Below are positions 47,090 through 49,192 of a DNA stretch of 49,192 nucleotides, one piece after another (the first letter of the stretch is position 1; each line of letters opens with the position of its first letter). A program made the translations under genes and the position numbers. Origin of the DNA: Octopus bimaculoides (taxonomy: Eukaryota). The DNA lies in the NCBI RefSeq assembly GCF_001194135.2, contig NC_069006.1:17354063-17403254 (forward strand), read 5' to 3'. The notes under the pieces are model-generated. The model searched no databases. It was not told the DNA's origin and saw nothing but the letters and a program-made list of their open reading frames with translations.

Positions 47090-48715
47090 ACCACTACCAG
47101 AATCATTGTTATTATCAAACTTATCATCACCATCACCACCACAGCTATCATTGTCCTGTCAGCATTGTTCTAGACAGCATTGTTCTAGTGGTGGTGGTAG
47201 TGGTGGTAATGATGGGCAGCAGCAGCAGTAGTAGTAGTAGTAGAGTAGTTATGGTGTTAGTAGTAGTGTCACAGATATTTAAGGTGATGGTTGTATTTGA
47301 GCTGGGGAATGATGTTTAGATGGTGTCAGTGGTAGTGTTGTTGGTGGTGGTTTTGGTATAGTGCTGACAATGTGTGGGTGGTTGTATTTGTAGTGATGAT
47401 GGTTGTGGTGGTGCTAGTGAGGTAGATGTAGTAGTGACGGTAGCGGTGGTGAGTGGTGATGATGGTAGAAGTGATTGTTGAGATAATGGTAGTGGTAGGG
47501 TCGATGTGGTAGTGGTGGTAATGATTGTCAAGATGGTGGTGATGGTGGTTGTGGAGACAGCGGTAGTGGTGGTAGTGCTGGTGGTGGTGGTGGTGGTGGT
47601 AGTGGTGAAGATAGCAGTGTTGCCAGTGGTGGTTGTAAAGATAGTAGTGATGNNNNNNNNNNNNNNNNNNNNNNNNNNNNNNNNNNNNNNNNNNNNNNNN
47701 NNNNNNNNNNNNNNNNNNNNNNNNNNNNNNNNNNNNNNNNNNNNNNNNNNNNNNNNNNNNNNNNNNNNNNNNNNNNNNNNNNNNNNNNNNNNNNNNNNNN
47801 NNNNNNNNNNNNNNNNNNNNNNNNNNNNNNNNNNNNNNNNNNNNNNNNNNNNNNNNNNNNNNNNNNNNNNNNNNNNNNNNNNNNNNNNNNNNNNNNNNNN
47901 NNNNNNNNNNNNNNNNNNNNNNNNNNNNNNNNNNNNNNNNNNNNNNNNNNNNNNNNNNNNNNNNNNNNNNNNNNNNNNNNNNNNNNNNNNNNNNNNNNNN
48001 NNNNNNNNNNNNNNNNNNNNNNNNNNNNNNNNNNNNNNNNNNNNNNNNNNNNNNNNNNNNNNNNNNNNNNNNNNNNNNNNNNNNNNNNNNNNNNNNNNNN
48101 NNNNNNNNNNNNNNNNNNNNNNNNNNNNNNNNNNNNNNNNNNNNNNNNNNNNNNNNNNNNNNNNNNNNNNNNNNNNNNNNNNNNNNNNNNNNNNNNNNNN
48201 NNNNNNNNNNNNNNNNNNNNNNNNNNNNNNNNNNNNNNNNNNNNNNNNNNNNNNNNNNNNNNNNNNNNNNNNNNNNNNNNNNNNNNNNNNNNNNNNNNNN
48301 NNNNNNNNNNNNNNNNNNNNNNNNNNNNNNNNNNNNNNNNNNNNNNNNNNNNNNNNNNNNNNNNNNNNNNNNNNNNNNNNNNNNNNNNNNNNNNNNNNNN
48401 NNNNNNNNNNNNNNNNNNNNNNNNNNNNNNNNATCAATCATCACCACTACTACTACCACCACCATCAATACAACTACTACTACCATCACCACCACCACCA
48501 CTACTACTGCCACCAACTCTACTACTACAACTACTTACCACCACTAATACTACAACTACAGCTACTGCAATTAGCACTTCTACTACCACAATCAATACCG
48601 CTACTATTACCACCACCACCGCCACTACAACTACCTCAACTACTACGACTATGACTATTACAATTACTATTACTACCACAAGCACCACCACCACCACCAC
48701 TACAACCAACACTAG
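47090..48715. repeat. Degenerate (GGT/GTA)n and (ACC/ACT)n trinucleotide repeats flanking a 780-N gap
   Basis: G/T-rich triplets left of the gap and C/A-rich triplets right of it. Confidence 0.9.
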
Positions 48716-49009
48716 AATGATGTCAACAAGAGCATGTTGCCGTTTAGCCCCAGGTCAACTCTACATTTAGAAAGTGAGAAATACCAGCTACGACGGTTCT
48801 GTGTCATTTTTGTATTTCAAAGACTTCACTGTTTGATGCACCTTTTATTATTCTGAGACTTGTAGGGCGTGATTTGAGGATAATTTAGCTACTATTTCTG
48901 GCTGATTGTTGGCTTTTCAGTGTTTAGTTATGTCTTCTTATGTGCTGGGTTCAAAACTTGCTTGTGTCAATTTTATCTTTTAAACCTTCAAATGGTCATT
49001 AAAATAAGT

Positions 49010-49170
49010 AGCAGGAGTGACTGTGTGGTAAGTAGCTTGCTTACCAACCACATGGTTCCGGGTTCAGTCCCACTGCATGGCAGCTTGGGCAAGTGTCTTC
49101 TACTATAGCCTCGGGCTGACCAAAGCCTTGTAAGTGGACTTGGTAAACAGAAACTGAAAGAAACCCATCA
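49010..49170 (+). mobile_element. SINE family A, 5' half
   Basis: GGAGTGACTGTGTGGTAAGTAGCTTGCTTACCAACCACATGGTTCCGGGTTCAGTCCCACTGC..TTGGGCAAGTGTCTTCTACTATAGCC. Confidence 0.9.
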
Positions 49171-49192
49171 TATGTATATACCTATACACATT

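Noticed and set aside
1141-48712. Dozens of ORFs in the supplied track rich in HT/YI/CV/V/T repeats or X runs
   Set aside because: They are translations of (CA)n, (TA)n, (TG)n and (ACC)n microsatellites and N gaps. They stay open only because these repeats lack stop codons.

Overview
Eukaryotic, AT-rich draft-assembly window with many N gaps, saturated with (CA)/(TA)/(TTA)/(ACC) microsatellites. The repeat families look like those of coleoid cephalopods, most likely Octopus (inference from recalled SINE sequences, not a search). Nearly all long entries in the ORF track are microsatellite or N-gap artefacts. What can be supported: (1) about 30 tRNA-derived SINE copies of three families, including a same-orientation array of 8 copies nested in (TTA)n; (2) decayed retroelements: three Penelope-like (GIY-YIG) remnants, R4/Dong-type RLE LINE fragments, RTE LINE fragments and a probable solo LTR; (3) DNA transposon relics: Tc1/mariner, Tigger-like, a TTAA MITE and a foldback MITE with an 8-bp TSD centred on a telomeric hairpin; (4) four minimal type I hammerhead ribozyme motifs, one with an intact core inside a 215-bp non-coding retroposon flanked by a perfect 13-bp TSD and inserted into a Penelope element; (5) a 282-bp near-perfect palindrome; (6) a tentative chain of short minus-strand exons from one or more genes I cannot identify. 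The hammerhead-carrying short retroposon is the best candidate for an undescribed system. All alignments, translations and folds were done by eye.
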